A stretch of DNA of 56,751 bases from NCBI GenBank assembly GCA_003427395.1, contig BFEA01000018.1:2335344-2392094 (forward strand). Reading direction: 5' to 3'. The DNA comes from Chara braunii (Eukaryota > Plantae > Charophyceae). The notes under the pieces are model-generated. The model did not search any database and was not told the DNA's origin. It saw only the letters and a list, made by a program, of their open reading frames with translations. Below are positions 1 to 12,101 of the stretch, in pieces. Numbering within the stretch: position 1 is the first letter of the stretch; each line of letters starts with the position of its first letter. Both the position numbers and the translations under genes were made by a program.

Positions 1-258
1 AGGGGCTGTGACAAACTGTTTCGTCGGAGTTTCACCGACTCATCAGGAGGCTGAACCCTCAACAGTCTGCAGAATCCCCTCACTGATTACACTGTAAATG
101 ATAATCTACCTTAACCAAAATCAAAGTAGGCTATCACTCACCCACACCAGATGGAAAACTCTACAGACTGTCGGTTCACACCCCATCACAAGCCAGCAAA
201 ACATCCACGAAACAAAGAAAGGTCTGTCACAGCCAAAAAATACACTCCAGACACGCCG
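1..258 (-). mobile_element. Fragment of a hammerhead-bearing retroelement (Penelope-like or retrozyme-like)
   Basis: Homologous to 7487-7826 both through the ribozyme and beyond it (tcaaagtaggctatcac...tacagactg). Ends at a TATATA tract. Confidence 0.55.
12..69 (-). ncRNA. Type III hammerhead ribozyme, apparently intact
   Basis: Minus strand reads CAGACUGU-U-GAGG-GUUCAG-CCUC-CUGAUGA-GUCGG-UGAAACU-CCGAC-GAA-ACAGUUUG. The CUGAUGA/GAAA core is complete and stems I (4 bp), II (5 bp) and III (8 bp) all pair. Cleavage triplet is GUU, predicting a cut between 61 and 60. Confidence 0.88.
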
Positions 259-272
259 TATATATAATGTAC

Positions 273-556
273 TAGGCTACCAGCCGGGCCTCCCGGGTCA
301 CCCTATTTTCCCGGGCGGACCGGCCGTGCAAGGACAAGAGAAGGTCCCAGCCAAAAAAAAAGCAATCCAAAAAATCCGAAAAAAAACTATGTTATGCAGA
401 AAAAGAAACTGAACAACTTTTGCCTCAGGGTCACATTGAAATTCTTTACCAAATTTAAAATAAAATTTAAAATTCAAAAATATATTTTTTCTTTTTTCTT
501 TTTTCTTTTTTTTTGGCCCGGCCGGGCAAGTGGACTCGGGCCACTCTGGTAGCCTA
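273..556. mobile_element. MITE with TAGGCTACCAG terminal inverted repeats (hAT-like)
   Basis: taggctaccag at 273 and ctggtagccta ending at 556. A second copy lies at 19077-19336. No TSD visible at this copy. Confidence 0.75.
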
Positions 557-576
557 GATAAGGTATATATATATAT

Positions 577-790
577 CGTCACAAACAGAACTGCCCGGTA
601 AAACCGTAGGCAGAGAGAGAGAAGAGGACAACAAACGAGGGGCTGTGACACACTGTTTCGTCGGAGTTTCACCGACTCATCAGGAGGCTGGTCAAACAGA
701 GCTGCCCGGTAAACCACAGGCAGAGAGGGAGAACAGGACAACAAACAAGGGGCTGTGGCAAACTGTTTCGGAGTTTCACCGACTCGTCAG
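577..790 (-). mobile_element. Two tandem truncated hammerhead-element termini
   Basis: Units 577-690 and 691-790 start after (TA)n with cgtcacaaacag / gtcaaacag. They carry the core, stem II and the 3' strand of stem III but lack the cleavage site. Confidence 0.7.
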
Positions 791-791
791 C

Positions 792-1746
792 CACGGTTGC
801 CAGGCCAAACGTACAGAGGCCCCTAAGATGACCCCCGAACGTTCGGGCGTTCGGGTCCCCGTACGGGGCCCGAACCCCGCAAAAGAATATTTTGGCACCT
901 AAATTTTTGTATTGTTTTTTGAATTTTTTTGGTGAGTTCTTTGTCATGTAAGGTATCTTCCTCCTAAGTTTCAAGGCATTCCGTTAACCCAAAAAATAGT
1001 GAAAAATCAGCAAAGATGGTGTCAAAACTTGCTTGCCCACTCACTAATTTGTTTTTTTTTCCCTTTCCATTTTTTGTTTTTCCTTTATTTCGGGGCATAA
1101 AAAAATATATATTATTATTTTTTTATTTTTTATTTTTTTTTGCAAAAACACAATCATTATATTTCAAAACAAATTCACTTGAGGCCGGGGACCTCACAAT
1201 TCAACCCGGGGTTATCCCAGCAGCATCAGCCGGTTTAGCTTAGTTGGAAAACTTTCTCAATCTTCCCTCCAAATGCATAAAAAGATACCACATTACCCTC
1301 TTTACTATTGTATTTAACTACTTATTTTTCAAACCTTATTTGTAGGTTCTCTATTATGTAAGACACAAATACATAAATTTTCATGGCATATGCCAAAGCC
1401 AAAAAAAACCAAAAAAAAAATCACCAACGATGGCGGTGTCAAAAACGTTCATTCTCGTTTTGTTTTTTTCTAATTTTCATTATTATTCTTTATTTTTCAT
1501 ATTTGCTTTTTATTTCAAATTTGGTAAAGAATTTGGATGCAACGTTGAGGCAAATGTTGTTCAGTTTATTCTTCTGCATAACTTTTTTTTTCAGATTTTT
1601 TGGAATCCTTTTTTTGTCTTCTTTTTTTCCCTTCTTTTTTTTTGGGTCCGCGTTCGGCCGAACGGCCGAATGCGTCGAGAGGGGGTCCCAAACGTTCGTG
1701 CGTTTGGGTTCCGGCGTTCAGCCCGTCCCGAACGCCGGCAACCCTG
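792..1746. mobile_element. Non-autonomous DNA transposon with CA(C/G)GGTTGCC termini (hAT-like)
   Basis: cacggttgcc at 792 and ggcaaccctg at 1737-1746, with subterminal ccgaac/gttcgg motifs at both ends. No TSD found. Confidence 0.6.
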
Positions 1747-2025
1747 TATATAACTCCTTTTTTCTAATTTTAACTTTAGCCTCCAAAATAATCCCCCCGA
1801 TGGAAGACCCCCAAAACGCTTCCCCTACCCCATTGAAAGTTGCAAAGCTAGCTAACTGGCACCCCAAATCCTCTTTGACAATCCAATCCAATTTACTCAG
1901 AACAATTCACCCAAAAAAGAAGATAGGCATGTCCCCTTCGCATGCACCAATTGACCCAAAAAAAAAAAAATGAGAAACAGTAAATACTTGTTCTCTCTCT
2001 CTCACACACACACACACACATTCTC

Positions 2026-2079
<54 letters not shown>

Positions 2080-2267
2080 CAACCCCAACTGGTGATCGTG
2101 TTTTGGATTCGGAGCATCACTAACCCTTTCATTGCCAGCACACACAAACAAACACAAAAACAGAAAAACACCTAAACAAACACAAAAAAACAAAAACACA
2201 GAAACAAACACAAAACCGCACAAACAAACACAAAAACACACAAACTCACACACACAACCCTTTTCAA

Positions 2268-2349
2268 TCTCCTGATGAGTAGGTGAAAGTCCGACGAAAC
2301 AGTGTCCGGCACAGTCATGCTTTCTTCGAATGCATAGCAAATATGACAA
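2268..2349 (+). ncRNA. Partial hammerhead core of a sister element inserted in (CA)n
   Basis: CUC-CUGAUGA-GUAGG-UGAAAGU-CCGAC-GAAACAGUG. Stem I is missing. Ends tgacaa followed by CA repeats. Confidence 0.6.
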
Positions 2350-3178
2350 CACACTCACACACTAATGCCTCTTTGTTCTCCTGTTTCATTTTCCGCAATT
2401 ATTACCATTGAAAACAGTAGTTTTTTTTGGGTTTTTTTTTGTTTTTTTGGGGGGGAAGGGTGGGGGGGAACAAAAATAGCAGTGGCCGTAAAACACAGCA
2501 ATGGAAAGGAGCAGCCAGGCTGGAGAGAGGAGGAAAACCCTGCTCCAAAGGGTTCCGTTGGGGGGAGGAAGAAAAGAGAGAATACGACCACTCACTCTCC
2601 CTTTTACCCCCACCCTGCAGCCCCTGCAAAAAAAAAAAAAGAGCTGCTCCACAGAAAGCCATTTCAGACTACAAAATTCTGCAAGCGCAGAAAAGTAGAC
2701 TTCGAGAAAGAAAAATCCAGGAAAAAAAGGTCCAAAACTATCACAAAATAATATTTTGTTTTCTAGATTCGTGTCGTAACGTGGCGTCAGTCTGCACTCA
2801 GCCATAAGATGAGACACATTTTTTTATTTCCTTCTTTTCTTCAAAAAAAAAGAATATAGTACTAGCATACGACAAAAGGTTTCAACGACCGCACCGATCA
2901 GTTTAAAGGAAAGACATTTAGTACAAATTTAGGACCGCATCGAATATATTCCACCAGACGGTAAATGAAACGCTAAGCGGAACGAAGGTAGTGCACGGAA
3001 GCAGAGACATTTAGTTAAGAGGAGAGGAGAGGAGGGGCGAGAGAATACCTTCGCTGTCTCTGACAGCACACTCACGCTGCGACATTCCTGGATGAATCTG
3101 ACCACTTCTACGCCGAATTGCTCGATATCTACCCGCAATCACGTCCAGAAAACAGTCGAAAAAAGCCCCAGAGAGCTA

Positions 3179-3283
3179 CCGTCTTCCCCCGAACATAACG
3201 CACCCTAAAAATGAATGTATACAAGCTATATTTCCGGCCATATACAGCCAAAATACGGGTGCGTTGTGTTCGGGGGAAGACGG
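3179..3283. mobile_element. Tc1/mariner(pogo)-type MITE with TA TSD
   Basis: About 27-bp TIR ccgtcttcccccgaacataacgcaccc / gggtgcgttgtgttcgggggaagacgg, flanked by TA. An empty-site duplicate lies at 3295-3350. Confidence 0.85.
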
Positions 3284-3359
3284 TAGGCAGGAGGCCCGCA
3301 ATCACGTCCAGAAAACAGTCCAAAAAAGCCCCAGAGAACTAGGCAGGAGGTGAGCGCTA

Positions 3360-3611
3360 CGCACAAAGACACAGAGAGAGAGAGAGAGAGAGAGAGAAGA
3401 GGAGGAGGAGGGGGAATAAGAGTATTATTAAAGGACGAAAAGAGAAGGCTACGCCCAAACACAGAGAGAGAAAGAGAGAGACGCACAAAGAAAAATAGAC
3501 AGAGAGAGAAGAGGAGGAGGAGGAGGTGGAATGAGAGTATTATTGAAGGACGAAAAGAGAAGGCTACGCCCAAACACAGAGACAGAGACAGAGAGAGAGA
3601 GAGAGAAAGAG

Positions 3612-3650
<39 letters not shown>

Positions 3651-3999
3651 TTATTATCCAAGGACGGAAGAGAGCAAACACCGCACTTCCCTTGGATTCG
3701 CAGATGCTTAAACCACTGCCTGTTCAACCGAGCCTATTTATATGCAGCTACCTTCCCTTGGTAGGCCTCGGAACGCCCAGGCCGAGATTATTATCGAATT
3801 GGGCCTTTTCTTAGGGGCCTGCACAGGACACTACAGGCCCAGGCCTGAAGAAATATGCTCACCCCTACCGTGTACAGTGGTAAGTGTCTGACTTGGCTTC
3901 CAGGGAGGACAAGCAAAAGGGAGGGTTTTGGAAAGAGCACGGGCAATTGAAACGCGTAATCAAAGTACTTCGGCAGCAATGAGGACAAGCGAAATCAAT

Positions 4000-4040
<41 letters not shown>

Positions 4041-6023
4041 CCCGTCGGTAATCGCGAAGGGAAGGACGAAGGAGGAAGGAGGAAGGAGGAAGGAGGAAGG
4101 AGGATGGAGGAGAGAGGAAGGAGGAAGGAGGGGGGAATGCTACAGCTGCACATCACCATCGCCAGTTGTATATAACTCGCTATCCCGGCCCGCTTATGCA
4201 ACGAGCACGGAACAGCAAACAACGGACTTGGAAGAGAGAAAAACCCCAGGAAAATGAAAAATAGTAAAATAGTAAAATAGTAAAATACCCACGTGAAAAA
4301 CTACAAGGGTAACATACTACTAAATTTATTGGAGAGTTGAAAATAAAAATCTGAATATAACTTACTAGAAAGATGACTATGGGCCTCGCTCCACACTCCT
4401 TGCCACATGCACAAAAGACAAAAAATTACGGCCGGTGGTGTATCGTCCCATGTTCTAGCGGAAGGTTCATTCTCATTATTGCACATTTGGTGACTAGCAG
4501 AGCGAGGCCCTAGTATGCAAAAGAAAAAAGGACTGCCCGTTCATCCGTTTGCACACCTACCAAAACGTTATTCTCTCGTGCCACAAAAGAATGCTTAGAC
4601 AAGGTGATGGAAAAAGACCAAAAAAAAAAAAAAAAGGAGCAACGAAGCCTGAAAGCGAACGAATTCCCCCCTCCCCAAAAAAAAAGAAAAGAAAAAAGAA
4701 AGCGAACGAAAACTAAAAATGTCAACAAAGTTAAAAACAAGGGAGATGATGATGATGATGATGATGATGAGGAGGAGGAGGAGTGCAAGGGAAGAGGGCG
4801 ATGATGGAGGCAGATGACACGAGGAGGATGGGTAGAGGAGAGTTGCTTGTGAAAGAGGATGGATAGAGAGAAGTGGAGACGAGTATACAAGCAGGAGGGG
4901 GGAATATACACGTACGTGACAGATAAGAAAATAAAGAAATCAGACGTCACAGACGTGAGAGAGAAGAGAGGAGAGAGGGGCGAGGGGTCACACAGTCACA
5001 GAGAGAGAGAGAGAGAGGGAGGGAGGGAGTCGATTAAAAATAAGGAAGAGATGGTGAGATAACGAGACGAGTAAGAGCGAAAGAAGAGAGCAAACAGAGA
5101 GACGTCAGGGGAATCACAAATGACGCACGGGAGGGAAGGAAGTGTGAGAGAAATGTGAGATAGAGGGGAGAGCGAAGTGTGTGAGAGAGAAGAAAGTGAG
5201 GAGAGAGATGGAAGTAGCAGAAGGAGAAAGGGGAGCTATGAGGGACGAAGGAGAATGAAACGAGAGAGGCAAGTCGTCGGGAGAGGTGGGACAGGTGGGA
5301 CAGGTGGGACAGGTGGGACAGGTGCGACAGGTCAAAGAAGCTAGAGGTGAGGCAAGGCAGGGATAAGAGAGGTGAGGAGAGGTTAAGGTGGTGCGTTATA
5401 AGAGGAGTGAAGGAGGTTAGCCGTGAGAGAGGTTACGTGCGATAGGAAGTGGTAGAGGAGAGGTAAGAGAAGCGACTTGAGGTCGAAGAGTCGAGGTAGG
5501 GGTAGTGCAGCAGAGGACCCGATGTAGGAGAAGTGAGGGAGGAGGAGAGGTGAGGGAGGAGGAGAAGTGAGGGAGGAGGAGAAGTGAGGGAGGAGGAGAA
5601 GTGAGGTAGGGGTAGTGCAGCAGAGGACCCGATGTAGGAGAAGTGAGGGAGGAGGAGAAGTGAGGGAGGAGGAGAAGTGAGGGAGGAGGAGAGGTGAGGG
5701 AGGAGGAGAGGTGAGGGAGGAGGAGAGGTGGGAGAGGTAAGAGCTAAGAGGAAGAGGAGTGAGATGGGAAACGTGAGATAAGAGGGGTGAGGTAGGAGAT
5801 GAAGTGAAAGATATACACGTGAGAAAGGGGGCGGACGAGGTGAGAGGGGGGAAGGGGCATGGGAGAGTTAATATGTACGTTGAGTCGAAATAAGACAAGT
5901 GAGAGAGAAGAGTCGGGTCAGACTCATGAGAGAGCTGACAGCTTGAAGAGATGAGAGAGGAACAGAAATTACTTAGAGATGGCGTGAGAATGCGAGATGT
6001 GTGATAAGTATGACAGGAGCAGA

Positions 6024-6102
<79 letters not shown>

Positions 6103-7360
6103 ATATAGATAGACGCGAGAGAGGAAAGAGCGAAGTGAAATCCCAGACATGAAAGGAAGAGGAGTAAGAGGAAAGTAATGCAGACAGGAGATGAGAGGCG
6201 AGGTGAGTTTTCCGAATGAAGTGTGAGAAAGCTGAGGAAACCAAGAAATATATAAGAGGGATAAAAACGAAGGGGGGGGGGGGGGGGGGGGGGGGAGGTG
6301 AGAGAACCAAGGAAACTAGGGGCGGTGGGAGAGGGAACAGAGGAAACAGAGGTAACAGAAGTGGAAGAGGTGTGAGAGAGGTGAGAGAGCAGTGAGAAAT
6401 AACTGAACGTGAGAAAGAGAAGTGAGAGAGATGTGAGAGAGAATTCAGAGACGAGAGAGCGAGGTAAGAGAAAAGTGAGACCGAGGTGAGACAGAGGTGA
6501 GAGAGAGGTGAGAGAAAAGTGAGACCCAGGTGAGACAGAGGTGAGACAGAGGTGAGACAGAGGTGAGACAGAGGTGAGAGAGAGGTGAGAGAGGTGAGAG
6601 AGAGGTGAGAGAGAGGTGAGAGAAAAATGATGAAGGTTTTAACAAGAGGGTAACAAAAAACAGCTGACAGCTAAACAGGTGATGGGTCAAAGGAATAAAA
6701 AGGAAAAGAAAAATCAGAGAAGCAATATAATACGCGACATGAGAGAGCGTATAATAGAGAGGGCAAATAAGAGAGCGAATAAGAGAAGGTGAATCGAATA
6801 AGAGAGGGTAAATGAGAGAGGGTTGATAAGAGAGGGTAAATGAGAGAGCGTCAAGAAGAGAGATTGCACACGAGAGGGTCAGCGAGAGAGAGGCGAGGCT
6901 AGAGAGAGGAAACAAAAAGGGGAAACAAAAAGGGGAGAAGAAAATATATAAACAGAGAAATTGAGAGATGGACAACGAGAGAAGAGAAATGAGAGACGGG
7001 AGCTCTCACCGGAAACAGAGAGAAAGACAAAAAAGCGACAGAGCGAGTCAAAAGCGCGAGACGACACAGCTATGCCGTCTTCACCCGAATAGAACGGCCG
7101 GTCATTATATAGCCGTATTTGGTGCAACTTACAGTCCAGATACGGCGATAATTTCCGGGCGTTCTATTCGGGCGAAGAAGGTAGCACAGCTTATCGGCAT
7201 GAGACCTCCAGTCTACTCCCTGAGAAAAACAATGAGAGAGCGAGGGCATACCAAGGGGCGAGGACGGGAGACACAGAGAGACCGCGCAAGAGAGAGAGAG
7301 AGAGAGCACGCGAGAGAGAGAGAGAGAGATGTGTCACAGAGAGAGAGAGAGAGAGATGTG
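3360..7360. repeat. Purine-rich low-complexity tract: (GA)n, (GGGACAGGT)n, (GAAGTGAGGGAGGAGGA)n, (GAGGTGAGACA)n
   Basis: Directly visible microsatellites and minisatellites. ORFs called here are repeat artefacts. Confidence 0.9.
7075..7181. mobile_element. Second Tc1/mariner-type MITE, related to 3179-3283
   Basis: TIR ccgtcttcacccgaatagaacg / cgttctattcgggcgaagaagg, followed by TA. Confidence 0.75.
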
Positions 7361-7486
7361 AGAATAACTAAACCCCTGGTTGATAAACAAGGAATTAGAC
7401 AAACGAGACAAACATAAAATCGCTTCCAATGATTCATGTATATATACATGTGCATATAGTGTGTGTATACATATATATACATACGT

Positions 7487-7826
7487 ATCGTTCAGGCAGA
7501 ACTGCCCGGTGAACCGTAGGCAGAGAGGGAGAAGAGGACAACAAACGAGGGCCTGTGACAGACTGTTTCATTGGAGTTTCACCGACTCATCAGGAGGCTG
7601 AACCCTCTACAGTCTCCAGAGTCCCCTACCTAGCCGACGATACTGTGCGTTATAACCCACCTTAATCCCGGTCAAGCATCAACAACTGCCCGACAACTGA
7701 TACCCCTCTGAGGTGGTGGGGACCACCAACCACTGCTCTCAAGGTACCTGTGGTGAATATCAAAGCAGCCTATCACGCATCCACACCACATGGAGAACTT
7801 TACAGACTGCAGGTTCTCCCATCATC
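7487..7826 (-). mobile_element. Hammerhead-bearing retroelement fragment between TA tracts
   Basis: Same terminus and internal sequence as 1-258 and 577-690. Confidence 0.65.
7560..7615 (-). ncRNA. Type III hammerhead ribozyme, GUA site, stem II partly decayed
   Basis: AGACUGU-A-GAGG-GUUCAG-CCUC-CUGAUGA-GUCGG-UGAAACU-CCAAU-GAA-ACAGUCU. Confidence 0.8.
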
Positions 7827-7836
7827 ATATATATAT

Positions 7837-7961
7837 CGTCAAACAGAGCTGCCCGGTAAAGCGTAGGCAGAGAGGGAGGGAGAAGAGGACAACAAACGAG
7901 GGGCTGTGACGACCTGTTTCGTTGGAAGGAGTTCACTGACTCATCAGGAGGCTGAACCCTC
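7837..7961 (-). mobile_element. Minimal hammerhead-element copy ending at the cleavage site
   Basis: (TA)n-cgtcaaacag...caggaggctgaaccctc-aatatatat. Homology stops within 0-2 nt of the predicted cut. Confidence 0.7.
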
Positions 7962-8787
7962 AATATATATATTGTCACAGTGGAAATCGTATTGTCACAT
8001 AATATCAGAGCGCCAAAGCGAAAAACAGAAACAATAAAAACTCAATAAATCTTCTTCCTTACAACTCCCCTGTTCAGAACCTCTTGCGTACATATATATC
8101 GTCACAAATAGAATATATATATTGTCACACTGTAAATCGGAGCGCAAAGGCGGAAATCAAACCGTGCCATATATATATGTATAATATTATATAGATATGT
8201 TATAAAACCACCTCCATATTAACCACATGAGTTCGCTTCCATTTTTTCTTTGAATTGAAAAAAAAAAAACGATTTTCATTCAGCAACAGCAGAACCCTGC
8301 ATTCATTACTTAATCCTCTTACCAAACGTTTGACTCTCAGGGCATCCTCACACCAGGCCTTTTTCTTCTCAGCTTTGGCTGTAACTACGATCAGATACTT
8401 CAGCCTGCTGTCGTAATTGCGTCCAGATACATCCAGAAACGTGCCCGTGTTGTGAAATGTTCTCTCCGCCTAATACCCTTACTCACCAAGTATTTCACGT
8501 GCAGGTTTGGGTCCAACTTTTTTTCTCCTCTGCAAATTTTTTCAATTCCTTTGACTTCTTTTAAGTTTTTTTGCAAAACAGCCTCATTCACATCACATGA
8601 CTTTTTTTCCATACATACCCGGGCCTTCTTTTGACACATAAACAAATGACTTTTTTACTTTTTTACTTTTTTACTTTTTTTTTTTTTTCACACATACACT
8701 ACTTTTCAGTAAACACAAAAACACACTCACATCCCCTCCTACACTCGCGGGTATTTTCGCCCTCTCGGGATCTAACGCCTGCATGAC

Positions 8788-9140
8788 TTCCCGCCAATTC
8801 TATGACTGGAATCCTTCCCGCGACTTTTCCACACATGACTTTATAAAAAATAAAAAGATAAAAAAATCAACCTCCCATCTTCCTCCTCCTACAAATATTT
8901 CCCGCCAATTCTATGACTGAAATCCTTCCCGCGACTTTTTCCGCACATGACTTTATAAAAAAATAAAAAATAAAAAAATCAACCTCCCATCTTCCTCCTC
9001 CTACAAATATTTCCCGCCAATTCTATGACTGAAATCCTTCCCGCGACTTTTTCCACACATGACTTTGAGAAGAAAAAAAAAAAATCAACCTCCCATCTCC
9101 CTCCTCCCACAAATATTTCCCGCCAGTTCTATGACTGGTA
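8788..9140. repeat. About 110-bp tandem repeat, 3+ copies
   Basis: ttcccgccaattctatgactg recurs at about 8788, 8899, 9011 and 9117. Confidence 0.9.
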
Positions 9141-10229
9141 TTTTCGCCCTCTACGTGAAAGCCGCCTGCATAACTTCCCGCCAATTCTGTCACTAGAACC
9201 TTTCCCGCCAACTTCACGTCACCCTTCGGCAGCCTTCCGCGCGCAACGACGCCCCCAGCGCGGACTGCGCAGACTGCTGCGCACCGTTCCGCCACGTGGC
9301 GCGCAAAACAGAAACCAGGCGCGTCTCCAACGCCCAGAAACCTTGCGGAAAAACATTTTCAATGCATCTCCAAAAAAAAAAAAAAAAAAAAAACGAAAAT
9401 TCAGAAATGCGCGCGAAAAGAGGACGCTGAGCCTCGGCGCGCAGTGCGAGCAACGCAGCTCTACAGAATCATTCGTGCCACGGAAATGAAGCCCCCCTCT
9501 CCTCTCGGAGAATGAAAACCCCATATAAACCTCTAATATTCACGAATACAACTGAAATTCCACCATCTATATTTCATATTTTATAGCAATATATAGCTTA
9601 AAAGAAAGGGAAAAAAAAGACAAAATCATGTCCATCGATAATCACATGTCAAAAAAATACCCCTAGACCCGTGAGAATAAAGGTATAGCCTTCCAAAAAA
9701 AAAAGGAGAATAAAGGTATAACAAAAAAGAACGTATCTATACATATCAGACGAGCAAATATCAATACATAACTGCAGAGGCACGAAACTATAGATATTTG
9801 TAGAGATATACTTCTATAGATATTCCTAAAGATATTTCTACAGAAAAAAGGAACGTATCTACAGATATCTCTATAGACTACAGTCATATAGCATCATCAA
9901 CATGCATATCACTCAATTTAATAGAATTTAATAGAATTTAATAGAATTTAATAGAATTTAATAGAAGTATTAAACAGTGAAATGGAAGATATGTCCGCAG
10001 CTATAGATACTTATATCTATCTATATCTATATGATTATAAATCGTCCATCAAAACATTGATGATATATATTGCTAGCAAACCCATATAAATGTACCCTTC
10101 AAAATTAAGGCCCCATTATTAATAGGGTGAATTTGTCAGCACCCCTACAAACTTCAGAAACAGGACAAAAAGACCCCTCCCAACGACCTCAAAGTGACCA
10201 ACCCCTTGGCTACGCAGATGATTCCATTC

Positions 10230-10680
10230 GTGTCGGAGGGCATACCGGCAAACTCAGACTTCACTCGGAGGGTATAACATGAAAATTTAAAAAAAAAAAA
10301 AAAACTCGAATAGGAAGGTCCTAACAGGAAAACCAATACTTCAATTGGAAAGCAGGAATAAGATGAAACTCAAAACTTTCAAATTGTGGAGAGTGTGAGG
10401 GAAATTCAGGTCATATTGAAGGGCATAAACGCAAACTCAGACTTCCCTAGGAGAATATAACATGAAGAAAAAAAAAAAAAAAACTCTTGTCCTTCAAATA
10501 GACGATAAGATGAAAATCAATACTTCAACCGGAAGCGTACTACTAAGATGGAACTCAAAACCTCAATTGTGGAGTGAGAGGGGAAGTACGGTCATATCGG
10601 AGGGCATACCGGCAAACTCCAATTGGAAGGGTATAAGATGAAAATCAAAACTTCAATTGGAAGGTACTAGTATGCAAATC
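10230..10680. repeat. Degenerate tandem repeat of about 185 bp
   Basis: ggagggcataccggcaaactc recurs at about 10235, 10419 and 10599. Confidence 0.75.
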
Positions 10681-11307
10681 AAATCTCCAGCTGGACGCAT
10701 ACATACTAAAAAACACATATAATCATAATCATCATCATGATAATAATAATAAAAATAATAATAATAATATACTATAATAATATACTATAATAATATACTA
10801 TAATAAAAGATGAAACTCAAAACTCTAATTGTGGACTTTTGAGGCGAAGTAAGGTTGGGGTGAATGACTCCTTATGTCTATATCGAATCCATATCTGAGC
10901 ACCGAAATAGTGGTACTGTTCATAGACTCCTTTTGATATAGTAATGTCTACAGACAATAACAGTGCTCACACAACAGATAGGAATACACTGAATACTTTC
11001 ACAACCATCACCATCTATACCAAAATAGTATACACTCCTTCCATAGACAAATACACAGACTATACGCTTATCTAATCCAAAAAACCCCTAACATACACAA
11101 GTACACAGATATATACCCAGCTTATTATTTCCGGCAAACATATATTTAAAAAAAAACATCTAATCGACTATATGAAAGAAAAATTCCCTCTCATAGAGTA
11201 TGTGAAGTACCCTTTCGTTCACTAACCCGCAATTCCCCGAACAAGCAAACCGCACCTATTCTTCGTCTTAACTACACGATACACGCATTCTCTCACATCG
11301 CCGAAGG

Positions 11308-11357
<50 letters not shown>

Positions 11358-12027
11358 NNNNNNNNNNNNNNNNNNNNNNNNNNNNNNNNNNNNNNNNNNN
11401 NNNNNNNNNNNNNNNNNNNNNNNNNNNNNNNNNNNNNNNNNNNNNNNNNNNNNNNNNNNNNNNNNNNNNNNNNNNNNNNNNNNNNNNNNNNNNNNNNNNN
11501 NNNNNNNNNNNNNNNNNNNNNNNNNNNNNNNNNNNNNNNNNNNNNNNNNNNNNNNNNNNNNNNNNNNNNNNNNNNNNNNNNNNNNNNNNNNNNNNNNNNN
11601 NNNNNNNNNNNNNNNNNNNNNNNNNNNNNNNNNNNNNNNNNNNNNNNNNNNNNNNNNNNNNNNNNNNNNNNNNNNNNNNNNNNNNNNNNNNNNNNNNNNN
11701 NNNNNNNNNNNNNNNNNNNNNNNNNNNNNNNNNNNNNNNNNNNNNNNNNNNNNNNNNNNNNNNNNNNNNNNNNNNNNNNNNNNNNNNNNNNNNNNNNNNN
11801 NNNNNNNNNNNNNNNNNNNNNNNNNNNNNNNNNNNNNNNNNNNNNNNNNNNNNNNNNNNNNNNNNNNNNNNNNNNNNNNNNNNNNNNNNNNNNNNNNNNN
11901 NNNNNNNNNNNNNNNNNNNNNNNNNNNNNNNNNNNNNNNNNNNNNNNNNNNNNNNNNNNNNNNNNNNNNNNNNNNNNNNNNNNNNNNNNNNNNNNNNNNN
12001 NNNNNNNNNNNNNNNNNNNNNNNNNNN
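11358..12027. other. Assembly gap (N). Further gaps at about 33590-33668, 46271-46860, 52400-52418 and 54290-54584
   Basis: Runs of N, mostly flanked by microsatellites. Confidence 0.99.

Positions 12028-12101
<74 letters not shown>

Noticed and set aside
3226-7482. Long ORFs rich in ER, SL or PT repeats (also those spanning N gaps)
   Set aside because: Products of microsatellites and N runs.
8323-8469. Possible 147-bp minus-strand exon (AG...GTAAGA)
   Set aside because: The acceptor has no pyrimidine tract, there are no partner exons, and the peptide was not recognised.
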